Part shown: positions 49,934-59,530 of the stretch, in pieces | How positions within the stretch are numbered: the first letter of the stretch is position 1 | How the letters are laid out: the number at the start of each line of letters is the position of its first letter | DNA from: Leptolyngbyaceae cyanobacterium | GTDB lineage: Bacteria; Cyanobacteriota; Cyanobacteriia; Phormidesmidales; Phormidesmidaceae | NCBI GenBank assembly: GCA_965263355.1 | Contig: CBDHHL010000056.1 | Span: forward strand, 224,001 to 288,000 | Length of the DNA stretch: 64,000 nt | Direction of reading: 5' to 3' | The notes under the pieces: generated by a model | What the model was told of the DNA's origin: nothing | What the model saw: the letters and a program-made list of their open reading frames with translations, nothing else | The model's database searches: none | Translations under genes and position numbers: made by a program

Positions 49934-51550
49934 CTATGTACCACCTTGCCCTGGAGTATTACCTGCCTGCCCCGGTGGTTGAGCCCCTGACTGTCCAGGA
50001 GTATTCCCCGTCTGACCTGGCGGTAGAGTCTCTCCATTGGGCGGCTCTGAAATAGCTGTTGTTGTTTCAGGAGGCGGCTCTGTAGACGGGTCTGAAACAA
50101 CTATGACATCAGGCAAACGGTCTACTTGAGCTTCCGTTTCTAGCTCCGGCACAGTTTCAAGCAGATTAATCTCTTCTGGAATTTCAGCGGCGGGAATAAC
50201 TGTTTCCGTAGTCGGTACAACCGTCGCTTCTACGGGAGGGGCAATCGACTCAACAGGTACTATCGGAATCGGTGGCTTTTCAATCACTGGAGTGATCACC
50301 TCGGTAGGTAGCACAGTTGGCTCCGGCGCAACCACAATCACAGGGGTTGGAGCAGTTGTTTCCGGTACCGTTGGCTCGGGTTGCACAAAGGAGGGTAAGG
50401 GCTCAACGGATTCAACTACGATGTTCCCATCGGGAAAGACCAGTGTAGGGGGTTTTTCAATGGGCTGATTAGGAATTTCCCCAGGGGTAGGTTCAGGTGG
50501 GTTGGGGCTGGGACCAGCAATGGGCGTTGGTGGGTTTGTGGGTGGCGTAGCTGACGGGTTAGGCGTGGGGGCAGGGGGCCTGTTGGCTACCGATGGTCGA
50601 GGATTCGGTATCCCTGTGATGGTGGGTGGTACCGGAGTGGCAACAGGTTGGTTAACGGTGCCACTGACTACGCTTTCAAATCCACTTTGCTGCAAAAAAG
50701 CCGCCGCAGGTGAGGCAGAAAAATCAGGTATGGCGTTAGTGGTAGCTAGGCGTTCACGGGTAGTGGTTAAGACTGGAGTGGCGGCAAGAAAGGATGGATT
50801 TTCAATCACATCATCGTTATCTTCAAAGCGCTCCTGTTGCTCCAGGGCATCTTTAATTTCTTCTCTGACCGCATCAATGGCTTGATCACCTATTTCAGAG
50901 TCGAGATTATCCAGTTCTAGACCGACGACCAAGTCACTGGTTTCGTAAAATGTCTCTAGTTCGAAAACAAATTGCTCTAAGGTCCCATCCCCTCGCATTA
51001 CCGCCATTTCCCCAGCATAGAGAGGTTGTTGTTGAGAGCCATCCAGGTTAAAGACCACCATTGGTCCTGCTAGATTATTGGTCAGGGCTCCAATAATAGT
51101 GGTATCGGTTTCTGGGATAAAACGCACAAATAAGGCTGACCCATGGATGCCGGTTACCGCATTGGGGGTTTGAATGGTTGTCCGGCCCTGACCAGGGGGA
51201 ATTAACAATAACACTGTGCCATTAGATAGGCGAAAGTTGCGCGTATTGGGGGTGAATTGAAATACAGCGCTCTCACCAATGCGGGCTAAGGATCCATCGT
51301 TAAACCGCAGTTCTGCCCGTGCTCTGCGAGCAGTGCTGAGGGCATCGCCAACACCAAGAACATCAGAAACCCGCGCTCTACGAGATTGACCATTAGTAAA
51401 TAACTGCACTTGATTGCGTGTAAGTTCTACCCTGGCCCATGTCAGAGCAGACTGGGCGTTAGCAGACCTGGGCAACAACAACAACATCCCTAAGGATGCG
51501 CAAGCCAGGGACAACCAACGACCCGGTGACGCTAAATTCAGTTTTTTCAT
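49934..51550 (-). CDS. FecR-domain secreted protein with Pro/Thr-rich tail
   Basis: Signal peptide; RAELRFNDGSLARIG, TPNAVTGIHGS; terminal PGQ repeats. Confidence 0.82.
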   Translation of the reverse strand: MKKLNLASPGRWLSLACASLGMLLLLPRSANAQSALTWARVELTRNQVQLFTNGQSRRARVSDVLGVGDALSTARRARAELRFNDGSLARIGESAVFQFTPNTRNFRLSNGTVLLLIPPGQGRTTIQTPNAVTGIHGSALFVRFIPETDTTIIGALTNNLAGPMVVFNLDGSQQQPLYAGEMAVMRGDGTLEQFVFELETFYETSDLVVGLELDNLDSEIGDQAIDAVREEIKDALEQQERFEDNDDVIENPSFLAATPVLTTTRERLATTNAIPDFSASPAAAFLQQSGFESVVSGTVNQPVATPVPPTITGIPNPRPSVANRPPAPTPNPSATPPTNPPTPIAGPSPNPPEPTPGEIPNQPIEKPPTLVFPDGNIVVESVEPLPSFVQPEPTVPETTAPTPVIVVAPEPTVLPTEVITPVIEKPPIPIVPVESIAPPVEATVVPTTETVIPAAEIPEEINLLETVPELETEAQVDRLPDVIVVSDPSTEPPPETTTAISEPPNGETLPPGQTGNTPGQSGAQPPGQAGNTPGQGGT

Positions 51551-51825
51551 TACAGTCGGTTAATGAACCAGCTAAATATGAAAGACTATTACGCAATGAC
51601 CTCAATTTGAAGCTACGCCGCTGACCCACATTAGGCCCGGTTTGGTGGCTATAGAAATCACGAGATCATTGAAACCCCCGATTATATAAAGTCTTGATAC
51701 ACCCTTAACGTTATGCTACCGGTGTTAGTTGCAAAGGTGGGCAAGATTTGATGAAGTGTGGGACGTTAGTTCACACTTTTTTTGAAGATTGTGTTGAATT
51801 GTCAAAAAAACGTCCAGTTTCAAAC

Positions 51826-51898
51826 TAAACCTTGTCCACATCCAGAACCGTAGTTTTGCCATATGTAAAACTACAAGTTTCAACTTGGACGTGGTCTA
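51826..51898. mobile_element. 73-bp MITE-like element, copy 3
   Basis: TAAACCTTGTCCACATCCAG...TTTCAACTTGGACGTGGTCTA; overlaps the stop codon of the ParR-like gene. Confidence 0.8.
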
Positions 51899-52312
51899 GA
51901 AATCCTCTAGCAGGGGGGCCAAACGGCTGATTATGGGATCGCTATCAGCACTATCCTCATCGTTACTACTCTCATCGTTAGCGGTAGCACTGTCAGTGCC
52001 ATTAATTAGGGTAGGCGCTTCGGCAGAGATATCCTTTTCGACAGTTGGGCTAAAGGCCGATGTGATACTGGTATTGTCCTCAATTGCGGCTACCCGAGCG
52101 CCTAGTTGCGCAATCTGATGTTGCAACTCCATGAATAGCATCACAGACTGGGTGGGTTCACGACTCAGCAAATATTGACGTAGCGCCTGCTTGCAAAGCT
52201 CGCTAAAGCTTTGCTGATGCTCAGACTGATGTGTTGCGATCGCATCCAATAAAGCCCGATCTCCGTCGCTATCGTCGAATGAAATGCTCTTACGGATGGA
52301 TTTGGCAGCCAT
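51896..52312 (-). CDS. ParR-like ribbon-helix-helix protein with C-terminal amphipathic helix (CorR-like)
   Basis: RKSISF...SFSELCKQALRQYL RHH-like region, coiled coil, DPIISRLAPLLEDF tail; downstream of the ParM-like gene. Confidence 0.7.
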   Translation of the reverse strand: MAAKSIRKSISFDDSDGDRALLDAIATHQSEHQQSFSELCKQALRQYLLSREPTQSVMLFMELQHQIAQLGARVAAIEDNTSITSAFSPTVEKDISAEAPTLINGTDSATANDESSNDEDSADSDPIISRLAPLLEDF

Positions 52313-52376
52313 GGGTCAACTAGAGGCAAGAACAACACTGCCCCTAATAACGCATAGCCGAGGGTTACCCGTCAAT

Positions 52377-53420
52377 CTATTCAGCTGCTGTTGGCTTGAG
52401 GTTAGCCAGTTGGGTTTCACCATAAATGTACTGCCCCAAGGCATTTGCCTGCCGCGAAGGCTTAGCCAAATGACCCTTAAGTCTGGCCTCCTTTAATAGA
52501 GGACGCAGATCGTTCCAGAAAAATTCACCGCCACCGCCAGTAACAATGATGTCCGTAGCGCGCTCGGGTAGCCAGCTCAGGAAACGCTGGGATAGCTCAC
52601 GGGCAAAGCTTTTACGTAGACTAGGCAGAATTTCATCGAGATCCGTTGGCCGTGATGCCCCCTTAGGACGATAGAAACGCTCCCCTTCCGCGTTATGAAC
52701 AGCTGCTATTAAGGATAGTGACTGACTATCTGCGCCATCAATTTGGGCTGCCACCCGCTCGTAAAATTGCGCCATGCCAAAGGACTCACTTTGCGAGGCC
52801 CCACGGGCAAACCGGAAGCGATCAATGGCTAGAAAGTCTGTGGTTTGGTGACCAATATCCACAATAGCCACCGATAAATTTGGAAAGTCAGGGCTAGAGG
52901 TACGCTTACTTTGAGCCTCACTCCAGATCAAGCTGCCGTATCCTTCTGGCATGACCCAAACCTTATCAATACTAAGGTCCATGGACTGCCCTCGATAGAT
53001 CATCACATGGGGAGAGGTCAGCAGGCTAATAATTTCTGCCTTTTCACTATCAAACTGCTCCTGGGAGTGAAAAGGCAGACCCAGCACTACACCAATATTG
53101 CCCTTGAGGCCAAAGTAACCCACACAGGCCAGGGTTTTAACCAAAGCATCATCTACCTTTGATTGTCCTACCCCCAAGTCAGCCCCAAAATCAGCTGCCA
53201 AATGACCCACGGCATAGCCCTTGCCCTGATATTCCAGCCACATATCCAGGAGCGGATCGCTTGGCTGCGATTCAAAACCACCTTGTCGAGCCTGCTCCAC
53301 CGTTAGATGGGCAACATTTGAAGGAACCAGCACCACATCACTCTGATTGCGTTTAACACAGGTTTTAGTGGCTGTACGACCTAGGTCAATGCTAAGGAGC
53401 TTCATCTTAGAAGTAGGCAT
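52377..53420 (-). CDS. Chromosomal ParM/StbA actin-like ATPase (CorM-like)
   Basis: IDLGRTATK, MPEGYG, VDIGHQTTD, VTGGGG actin-fold motifs. Confidence 0.88.
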   Translation of the reverse strand: MPTSKMKLLSIDLGRTATKTCVKRNQSDVVLVPSNVAHLTVEQARQGGFESQPSDPLLDMWLEYQGKGYAVGHLAADFGADLGVGQSKVDDALVKTLACVGYFGLKGNIGVVLGLPFHSQEQFDSEKAEIISLLTSPHVMIYRGQSMDLSIDKVWVMPEGYGSLIWSEAQSKRTSSPDFPNLSVAIVDIGHQTTDFLAIDRFRFARGASQSESFGMAQFYERVAAQIDGADSQSLSLIAAVHNAEGERFYRPKGASRPTDLDEILPSLRKSFARELSQRFLSWLPERATDIIVTGGGGEFFWNDLRPLLKEARLKGHLAKPSRQANALGQYIYGETQLANLKPTAAE

Positions 53421-53825
53421 AACGCAATTTGGACGCTAAAAAAACTTTTGACAACGAATAGTGACTCAAACTGATACTAACTGCGAAGGCCGTGTAAGTA
53501 AAACCTCCGTAGTAACGCCAGCAGCTTAAGTTCTGATACATCATGCCTTACCCCTGGGTTCCTATGGGTCGTCTTCGTGACAAAGCAGTCATTGCAAATA
53601 ATTAAGAATATATCTAAATTCGCTCATTAATTCAATTGTACTATTAAGTTACAAAAAACACTCAATAGCTCACTAACAGTCAGTTTTTGGTAACAAATGA
53701 CCCCTCGAACACAGACTAATTATATGGAGTTTGAAGAAAACCTATGAGTCCATCCATGTTTTAGAAAATAGTGTCTACGCTGGTAGCCAAGACAGGGCCA
53801 CAAATTAGATACTAGGAAACAGGTT

Positions 53826-55244
53826 ATGGCACAAAGTTTTGGAGTAATCGGACTGGCGGTAATGGGGGAAAATCTAGCCCTCAACGTCGAACGCAATGGT
53901 TTTCCGATTTCTGTTTACAATCGATCACGGGAAAAGACTGATGCCTTTATGGCGAATCGAGCCGGCGATAAAAATGTCGTGGCTACCTATTCTTTAGAGG
54001 AGTTTGTCGCTTCCCTAGAACGTCCTCGCCGGATTTTGCTTATGGTCAAAGCAGGCAAGCCCGTAGATGCCGTCATTGACCAGCTAATGCCCCTGCTTGA
54101 TCCCGAAGACATGATCATCGACGGTGGTAACTCCCTATATGAAGATACCGAACGTCGTGTGAAGACCCTAGAAGGCGCTGGCTTCCGCTTTATCGGTATG
54201 GGAGTAAGCGGCGGTGAGGAAGGTGCCCTAAATGGCCCTAGCTTGATGCCCGGTGGTACCCGTGCTGCCTATGAGTCCATCGAGCCCATTGTGCGCAAAA
54301 TTGCGGCCCAAGTTGATGATGGTCCCTGTGTGACTTACATTGGTCCTGGTGGTGCCGGACACTACGTCAAAATGGTACACAACGGCATCGAGTATGGCGA
54401 TATGCAGCTCATTGCTGAAGCCTATGACCTGATGAAAAATGTCTTGGGTCTGGGACATCAGCAGCTCCATGAGATCTTTTCTCAGTGGAATACCACTGAG
54501 GAATTGGATTCCTTCCTGATTGAGATTACGGCTGATATTTTTACAAAAACTGAAGGTGATACGGCCCTAGTAGAAAAAATCTTAGATGCCGCCGGTCAAA
54601 AAGGTACGGGTCGCTGGACGGTGATGAATGCCTTGGAAATGGGCGTAAGTATTCCCACTATCACAGCGGCGGTTAATGCTCGGATTATGTCCTCTCTCAA
54701 GGATGAGCGGGTGGCGGCGTCTACGCAAATTAGCGGACCCGAGGGCACGATTACTGAGAACACCACCCTTTGGATCAACAAGATTCGAGATGCCCTGTAT
54801 TGCTCCAAAATTTGTTCCTATGCCCAGGGTATGGCGCTGTTGCGTAAGGCCTCAGAAACCTATGGCTATGAGCTAGATCTAGGTGAATGTGCCCGCATTT
54901 GGAAAGGTGGCTGCATTATCCGCGCCCGCTTCCTAAACAAGATTAAGCATGCATTTACTGAGAATCCTGCACTGCCTAATCTGTTGTTGGCCCCTGAGTT
55001 TAAGCAAACCATTCTAGACCGACAGTCTGCCTGGCGCGATGTGGTGGCTATGGCAGCCCATTATGGTGTGCCGGTGCCGGCATTTAGTGCGTCCTTGGAT
55101 TACTTTGATAGCTATCGTCGGGCTCAGCTACCCCAGAACCTCACCCAGGCTCAGCGTGATTACTTCGGTGCTCACACCTATCAGCGTGTGGACAAAGAGG
55201 GTACATTCCACACTGAGTGGGCTAAGGAAACAGCCGCAGTTTAA
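53826..55244 (+). CDS. gnd: 6-phosphogluconate dehydrogenase (NADP, decarboxylating)
   Basis: GLAVMGENLALN, VKMVHNGIEYGDMQLI, QAQRDYFGAHTY. Confidence 0.97.
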   Translation: MAQSFGVIGLAVMGENLALNVERNGFPISVYNRSREKTDAFMANRAGDKNVVATYSLEEFVASLERPRRILLMVKAGKPVDAVIDQLMPLLDPEDMIIDGGNSLYEDTERRVKTLEGAGFRFIGMGVSGGEEGALNGPSLMPGGTRAAYESIEPIVRKIAAQVDDGPCVTYIGPGGAGHYVKMVHNGIEYGDMQLIAEAYDLMKNVLGLGHQQLHEIFSQWNTTEELDSFLIEITADIFTKTEGDTALVEKILDAAGQKGTGRWTVMNALEMGVSIPTITAAVNARIMSSLKDERVAASTQISGPEGTITENTTLWINKIRDALYCSKICSYAQGMALLRKASETYGYELDLGECARIWKGGCIIRARFLNKIKHAFTENPALPNLLLAPEFKQTILDRQSAWRDVVAMAAHYGVPVPAFSASLDYFDSYRRAQLPQNLTQAQRDYFGAHTYQRVDKEGTFHTEWAKETAAV

Positions 55245-55271
55245 GCTGTAACTTTCTCATCTAGTTGTATG

Positions 55272-55344
55272 TAAACTGTGTCCACATTCAGAACTGTAGT
55301 TTTGCCGTATAGAAAACTCTAGGTTTCAACTTGGACATAGTTTA
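55272..55344. mobile_element. 73-bp MITE-like element, copy 4
   Basis: TAAACTGTGTCCACATTCAG...TTTCAACTTGGACATAGTTTA. Confidence 0.8.
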
Positions 55345-55824
55345 TGTATTCAAAGGGCTTGCTACCAGAGGGTGGTAAGCCCTTTTTTCCTGACGCAGCT
55401 CGTCTAAGGCTCCATGGTGGGTAGTTGCCGCCATATTTTCCACTAAACCAGCTTTGGCCAGAATAAGAGCCCCCGTGCACACCGACAGTACATGGTCAGT
55501 CTGGGGATAGAGCTGATTGATCCAGGCTAATAGTCTTTCATTGTGCATCTCTTTTCGAGTGCCAAAGGGGGTGCCATCAGCATATTTGCCACCGCCACCA
55601 GGTACCACTAAAATATTGGGCTGGGGACAGGTTTCAAGGGTATAGTCAGGATTCACACTGAGAGAATTTCTCGCAGAAACAGGGGTTGATTCCGCTACGG
55701 TATACACGTTAAATGGGTCTGAGCCATCTCGTTTTCCGGTCACCGAAAAGACTTCAAACGGACCGCAAAAGTCCAAGACTTCTACCTGATCAAATATGAG
55801 AATTGCCACGTTACGTTGTTTCAT
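55342..55824 (-). pseudogene. DJ-1/PfpI family protein, apparently 3'-truncated
   Basis: VEVLDFCGPFEVF, VPGG, SVCTGA, ATTHH present; the usual DNG/TSAGISAGID C-terminus is absent and the frame runs into a hairpin. Confidence 0.7.
55352..55388 (+). terminator. Rho-independent terminator (probably of gnd)
   Basis: AAAGGGCTTGCTACC-agag-GGTGGTAAGCCCTTTTTT. Confidence 0.7.
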
Positions 55825-55846
55825 AGGTTTTCCTGGATTAGTAACG

Positions 55847-58195
55847 TTAGATTTTTAACAATACAATTAGGGCTGCAGTAAAGCTACCCATGGCTGTAAA
55901 AAATTGGAGTAGCCGTTGATTTAGTCTGACGATTTTGTCTATCCGTATCAGGGTAACGGCACCATAGGCCGAGATCGCAACCAAGGATGCTAACAAAAAC
56001 CTAAGAATTTTACCTCGGTATAGTTCAACTGCGATCGCAATACTCTGAAGGGTGCCGACCTCAGCAGTGGGTTCGATATCAGGGGTGACTAAGGTTTCCC
56101 AAGTCTCACCCCCATCGGTTGACCGATAAATCTCGGTATTCGCTGTGCCAAAGCCAAAGATTGTCTGATCGTTAGCGTAGTTGGGTGAAAACTTGATGGG
56201 GCGTCCAGCACAGGGCACATTGTACATGCGAGCAAATGCCAAACTGGCATCGCCAATAGGGGTAAAGGTTCTCCCCTTATCCACGCTTTTATAAAGGCCT
56301 TTGCCCCGTAAGCTAACCATAACTGTGCCGTCCTGCCCATAGTTAGGAGAGAGGGCCACACCTTCTAAAAAAGCATGGTCAGCGGCAACGCCTGCGATCT
56401 CAACAGACCGCCAGCTCTCACCTGCATCCGTCGTCTTAAATAAACCACTATAGCTACTGACATACAGGGTTTTGTCCTGAAGATAGTTGGGAGATATCTC
56501 AATATGTAGATTGTCTGCCGTCGCTATTGGCGTCATTTTCGCCGTAGTCGCTGTCCAGGTTTCCCCTGCATCCATAGACCGATAAACCCCAGCTTCTCCT
56601 ACCATGTATAAAGTGCGATCCTCTACAAACCCTGGAGAGATCACCATAGATGGGCTGTCATTACCTCGAGTCCAGGGCACATTAGCCACTGTAGTGAATC
56701 GTCTACCCCCATTGGTAGATCGAAAGAGAACACCCGTCTGGTTGCCAACGTACATGGTTTTATCCGTAGCAAAACTGGGCGATAACAGCAACGTTAGTCC
56801 CCGAGATTCTTGGCTAAGAGAATGGACTGACCAAGACTTAGCCCCATTGGTAGACCGCAAGAACTTGGTCCACAACCCGGTAGTAAATAATGTCTTATCC
56901 TGAGCGTAGTTAGGAGAGAAAATAATATCAAAAAAACGACGTGGATCTTGATAGGACGGCTTAAAACTACCCTTTAACCGAGGCACTTCCACCGTCAATT
57001 CCCAGGTTTTACCCCGATCATGGCTTGTCATAATTTTGCCAACGTAGGTCGTCAGGGCCAGGGTGCCATCTTCAGCGTAGTTAGGTGACACATCCATCGC
57101 CACCACGATACCTCGATTCAGGGTATTGATCTCTCTCCAGCGTTGTCCTCCATGGGTTGATTTATAAAGACCGTTGAAGCCTCCTAAAAATATGGTGTGG
57201 TCAACCAAAAAGTTCTCCGACACAGCCAGCTTAGAAAAGTGAGGGACATCTAATTCATCAGCTTGCCGATCTTTTACCAGCCCCTGGGGGTAATCTGTCC
57301 AGGTTTCACCACTATCCAATGACATTGAAATACCTGAATCCCAGCTAGAGATAATTACTCCTCTAGAATTACCCGGTAAGATTTTCACATCCTGAATGCG
57401 CAGGTCCTCTAAACCTTTGTTAACGTCAAACACTTCTAGGGTCTTAGGGTCTATGCGAAACAATCCCTTGGAAGCTGTACAGACATAAAGAACAGTACCA
57501 TTGGTAACAATGGTTTGAATTGGGTCATCCGCTATTGATAGGAGTGATTGCCAGCGTTGTCCCTGGTCGTTTGAACGCAACAGATGCCCCGTTTCATCCC
57601 CAGCCCATATGGTTCCTTGAGTTTCGCTGATGGCTAAAAATCTCTGACTATCATCAACAACGGACACCCAGGTTTTCCCCCTATCAACACTTTGGAATAA
57701 TCCCCCCGTTTCCCCGGCAGCTAACATAACCTGAGGGTCGCTGGGCAGACTATATACCAGGCTAATGTCCAAGGTGTCCAGGCCTTGATTGGCGCGTTGC
57801 CAACTCTCTCCAGCATCGTTTGATAGAAAAATACCATCCCCACGGGTACCTATAGCCATTAATGTTCCTTTTGCCTGGTCAATGGTCAGGGTAGAGAATG
57901 GGGTGAGGGTATCTAGTCCCTGAACAATTCGTTTCCAGTGATTGCCTTGATCAACTGACTTAAGCAAATTGCCCCGTACCAGAGCATAGACTGTTTGATC
58001 GTTTCTGTAATTAGGCGAAAGTGTAACCTGGGTAACTACGTCGTGGGGCCGATGGGCATACACTGCTTGAAGAGACCAGGTAATTGTTAGGAACAAACTT
58101 AGAACCACCCAGCCTAGCTGATGTTTGACTATATTGAGAATGCCTGTCTTTAATCTGGGCAGGTCAGCCTTAAGGTGGTGTTTGGGGACGTACAT
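55847..58195 (-). CDS. BNR/Asp-box beta-propeller protein (sortilin/glycosyl-hydrolase-like) with C-terminal TM anchors
   Basis: Many SxDxGxxW boxes and SPNYxxDxT repeats; signal peptide; two C-terminal hydrophobic helices. Confidence 0.8.
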   Translation of the reverse strand: MYVPKHHLKADLPRLKTGILNIVKHQLGWVVLSLFLTITWSLQAVYAHRPHDVVTQVTLSPNYRNDQTVYALVRGNLLKSVDQGNHWKRIVQGLDTLTPFSTLTIDQAKGTLMAIGTRGDGIFLSNDAGESWQRANQGLDTLDISLVYSLPSDPQVMLAAGETGGLFQSVDRGKTWVSVVDDSQRFLAISETQGTIWAGDETGHLLRSNDQGQRWQSLLSIADDPIQTIVTNGTVLYVCTASKGLFRIDPKTLEVFDVNKGLEDLRIQDVKILPGNSRGVIISSWDSGISMSLDSGETWTDYPQGLVKDRQADELDVPHFSKLAVSENFLVDHTIFLGGFNGLYKSTHGGQRWREINTLNRGIVVAMDVSPNYAEDGTLALTTYVGKIMTSHDRGKTWELTVEVPRLKGSFKPSYQDPRRFFDIIFSPNYAQDKTLFTTGLWTKFLRSTNGAKSWSVHSLSQESRGLTLLLSPSFATDKTMYVGNQTGVLFRSTNGGRRFTTVANVPWTRGNDSPSMVISPGFVEDRTLYMVGEAGVYRSMDAGETWTATTAKMTPIATADNLHIEISPNYLQDKTLYVSSYSGLFKTTDAGESWRSVEIAGVAADHAFLEGVALSPNYGQDGTVMVSLRGKGLYKSVDKGRTFTPIGDASLAFARMYNVPCAGRPIKFSPNYANDQTIFGFGTANTEIYRSTDGGETWETLVTPDIEPTAEVGTLQSIAIAVELYRGKILRFLLASLVAISAYGAVTLIRIDKIVRLNQRLLQFFTAMGSFTAALIVLLKI

Positions 58196-58228
58196 TGATA
58201 CTGGTGAAAATTAATCGGATAGCAGATA

Positions 58229-58301
58229 TAAACCTTGTCCACGTCCAGAACGGTCGTTTTTCCGGTGAAGAATCTACAGGTTTCAACCTGGACGTGATTT
58301 A
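58229..58301. mobile_element. 73-bp MITE-like element, copy 5
   Basis: TAAACCTTGTCCACGTCCAG...TTTCAACCTGGACGTGATTTA. Confidence 0.8.
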
Positions 58302-58626
58302 GAATGCCTTTAGAAAATGTTGTTGTTAGCCAAGCGCTTGGGAAGATGGAGTTACCTGATTCCTCAACAGCTTAGACGAAAAATAAACGGTGATTATGAG
58401 TACCCATTAAAGATATGGGCTTAATATGTCCAGGTATTCATCAAAAATATTTCATTCGTACTCAACGGCATCCATACTCAAACCTATGCTAAAACTAAAG
58501 CGCTAGGTACCGTTAGGTGCTGCATTGAGGGGCTGTTTTCGGCATTGAGGGGCTGTTTTCGCATCCATACTCAAACAGACTCCATTTATCACCCAAATAC
58601 AAACTCATCAAGGACAAGGAAGACCA

Positions 58627-59400
58627 ATGGGGTTATTTGATCGCGTTAGCCGACTTATCCGCGCCAATGTTAACGATGCCGTAAGTAAGGCCGAAGATCC
58701 TGAGAAGATTCTTGAGCAAAGCATCATGGATATGCAAGAGGATCTGGTGCAAATGCGTCAGGCCGTGGCGGGTGCGATCGCAAGTAAAAAGCGTGTAGAG
58801 CAGCAGCAAGAAAAAGCCCAATCTGAGGCTAACGTATGGACCCAGCGGGCTCAGCTAGCGTTACAAAAGGGTGATGAAAATCTGGCTCGTGAGGCCCTGG
58901 TCCGCAAAAAGAGCCATGCGGAAACAGCTGCTGCTCTAAAGACCCAGCTTGAGCAGCAGACCGCGTCAGTGGATACCCTGAAACGCAATTTGATTGGTCT
59001 AGAAAGCAAAATTTCTGAGTATAAGACCAAGAAAAATATGCTCAAGGCCCGTGCCAGTGCGGCCAAAGCCAATGAAAAGCTCCAAAAAACCGTGGGCAAC
59101 CTCAGCACCAATAGTTCCGTAGGTGCCTTTGAGCGCATGGAAGAAAAAATTATTGAACTGGAGGCCCGTGGTCAGGCTGCGGCAGAACTAGCCGGTGCCG
59201 ATCTGGAAAGTCAGTTTGCTAGCCTCGAAGCAGGCAGTGATGTCGACTCAGAACTAGCCGCCATGAAAGCCCAGCTAACGGGTGGTTCCGTTAACCAGGA
59301 AGCCTTGCCCCCCGCTGATGCCCAACCCGTAGACGCGCCAGTTGATCAGGCCGTAGATGCTGAATTAGAAGCCTTAAAGCAGGAATTAGATAACTTGTAG
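58627..59400 (+). CDS. vipp1: PspA/IM30 family protein, Vipp1 type
   Basis: MGLFDRVSR...KAEDPEKILEQ, AFERMEEK; extra C-terminal helix VDAELEALKQELDNL. Confidence 0.85.
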   Translation: MGLFDRVSRLIRANVNDAVSKAEDPEKILEQSIMDMQEDLVQMRQAVAGAIASKKRVEQQQEKAQSEANVWTQRAQLALQKGDENLAREALVRKKSHAETAAALKTQLEQQTASVDTLKRNLIGLESKISEYKTKKNMLKARASAAKANEKLQKTVGNLSTNSSVGAFERMEEKIIELEARGQAAAELAGADLESQFASLEAGSDVDSELAAMKAQLTGGSVNQEALPPADAQPVDAPVDQAVDAELEALKQELDNL

Positions 59401-59530
59401 AGTGAGCATTGCCCACCGGGTAATGGGCAATAGTGAGCAATGACTATCAAGTAATGGGTTTAAGATAAGCATTAGGCAACGTTAAAGGTTTGAGGTATCG
59501 ACAGCCTTAAAACAATATCCCCACTGCCTA

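Noticed and set aside
53637..53653. NtcA site upstream of gnd
   Set aside because: Spacing is GTA-N9-TAC, not the canonical GTA-N8-TAC
53421..53825. parC centromere for the ParM/ParR-like pair
   Set aside because: No iterated direct repeats visible
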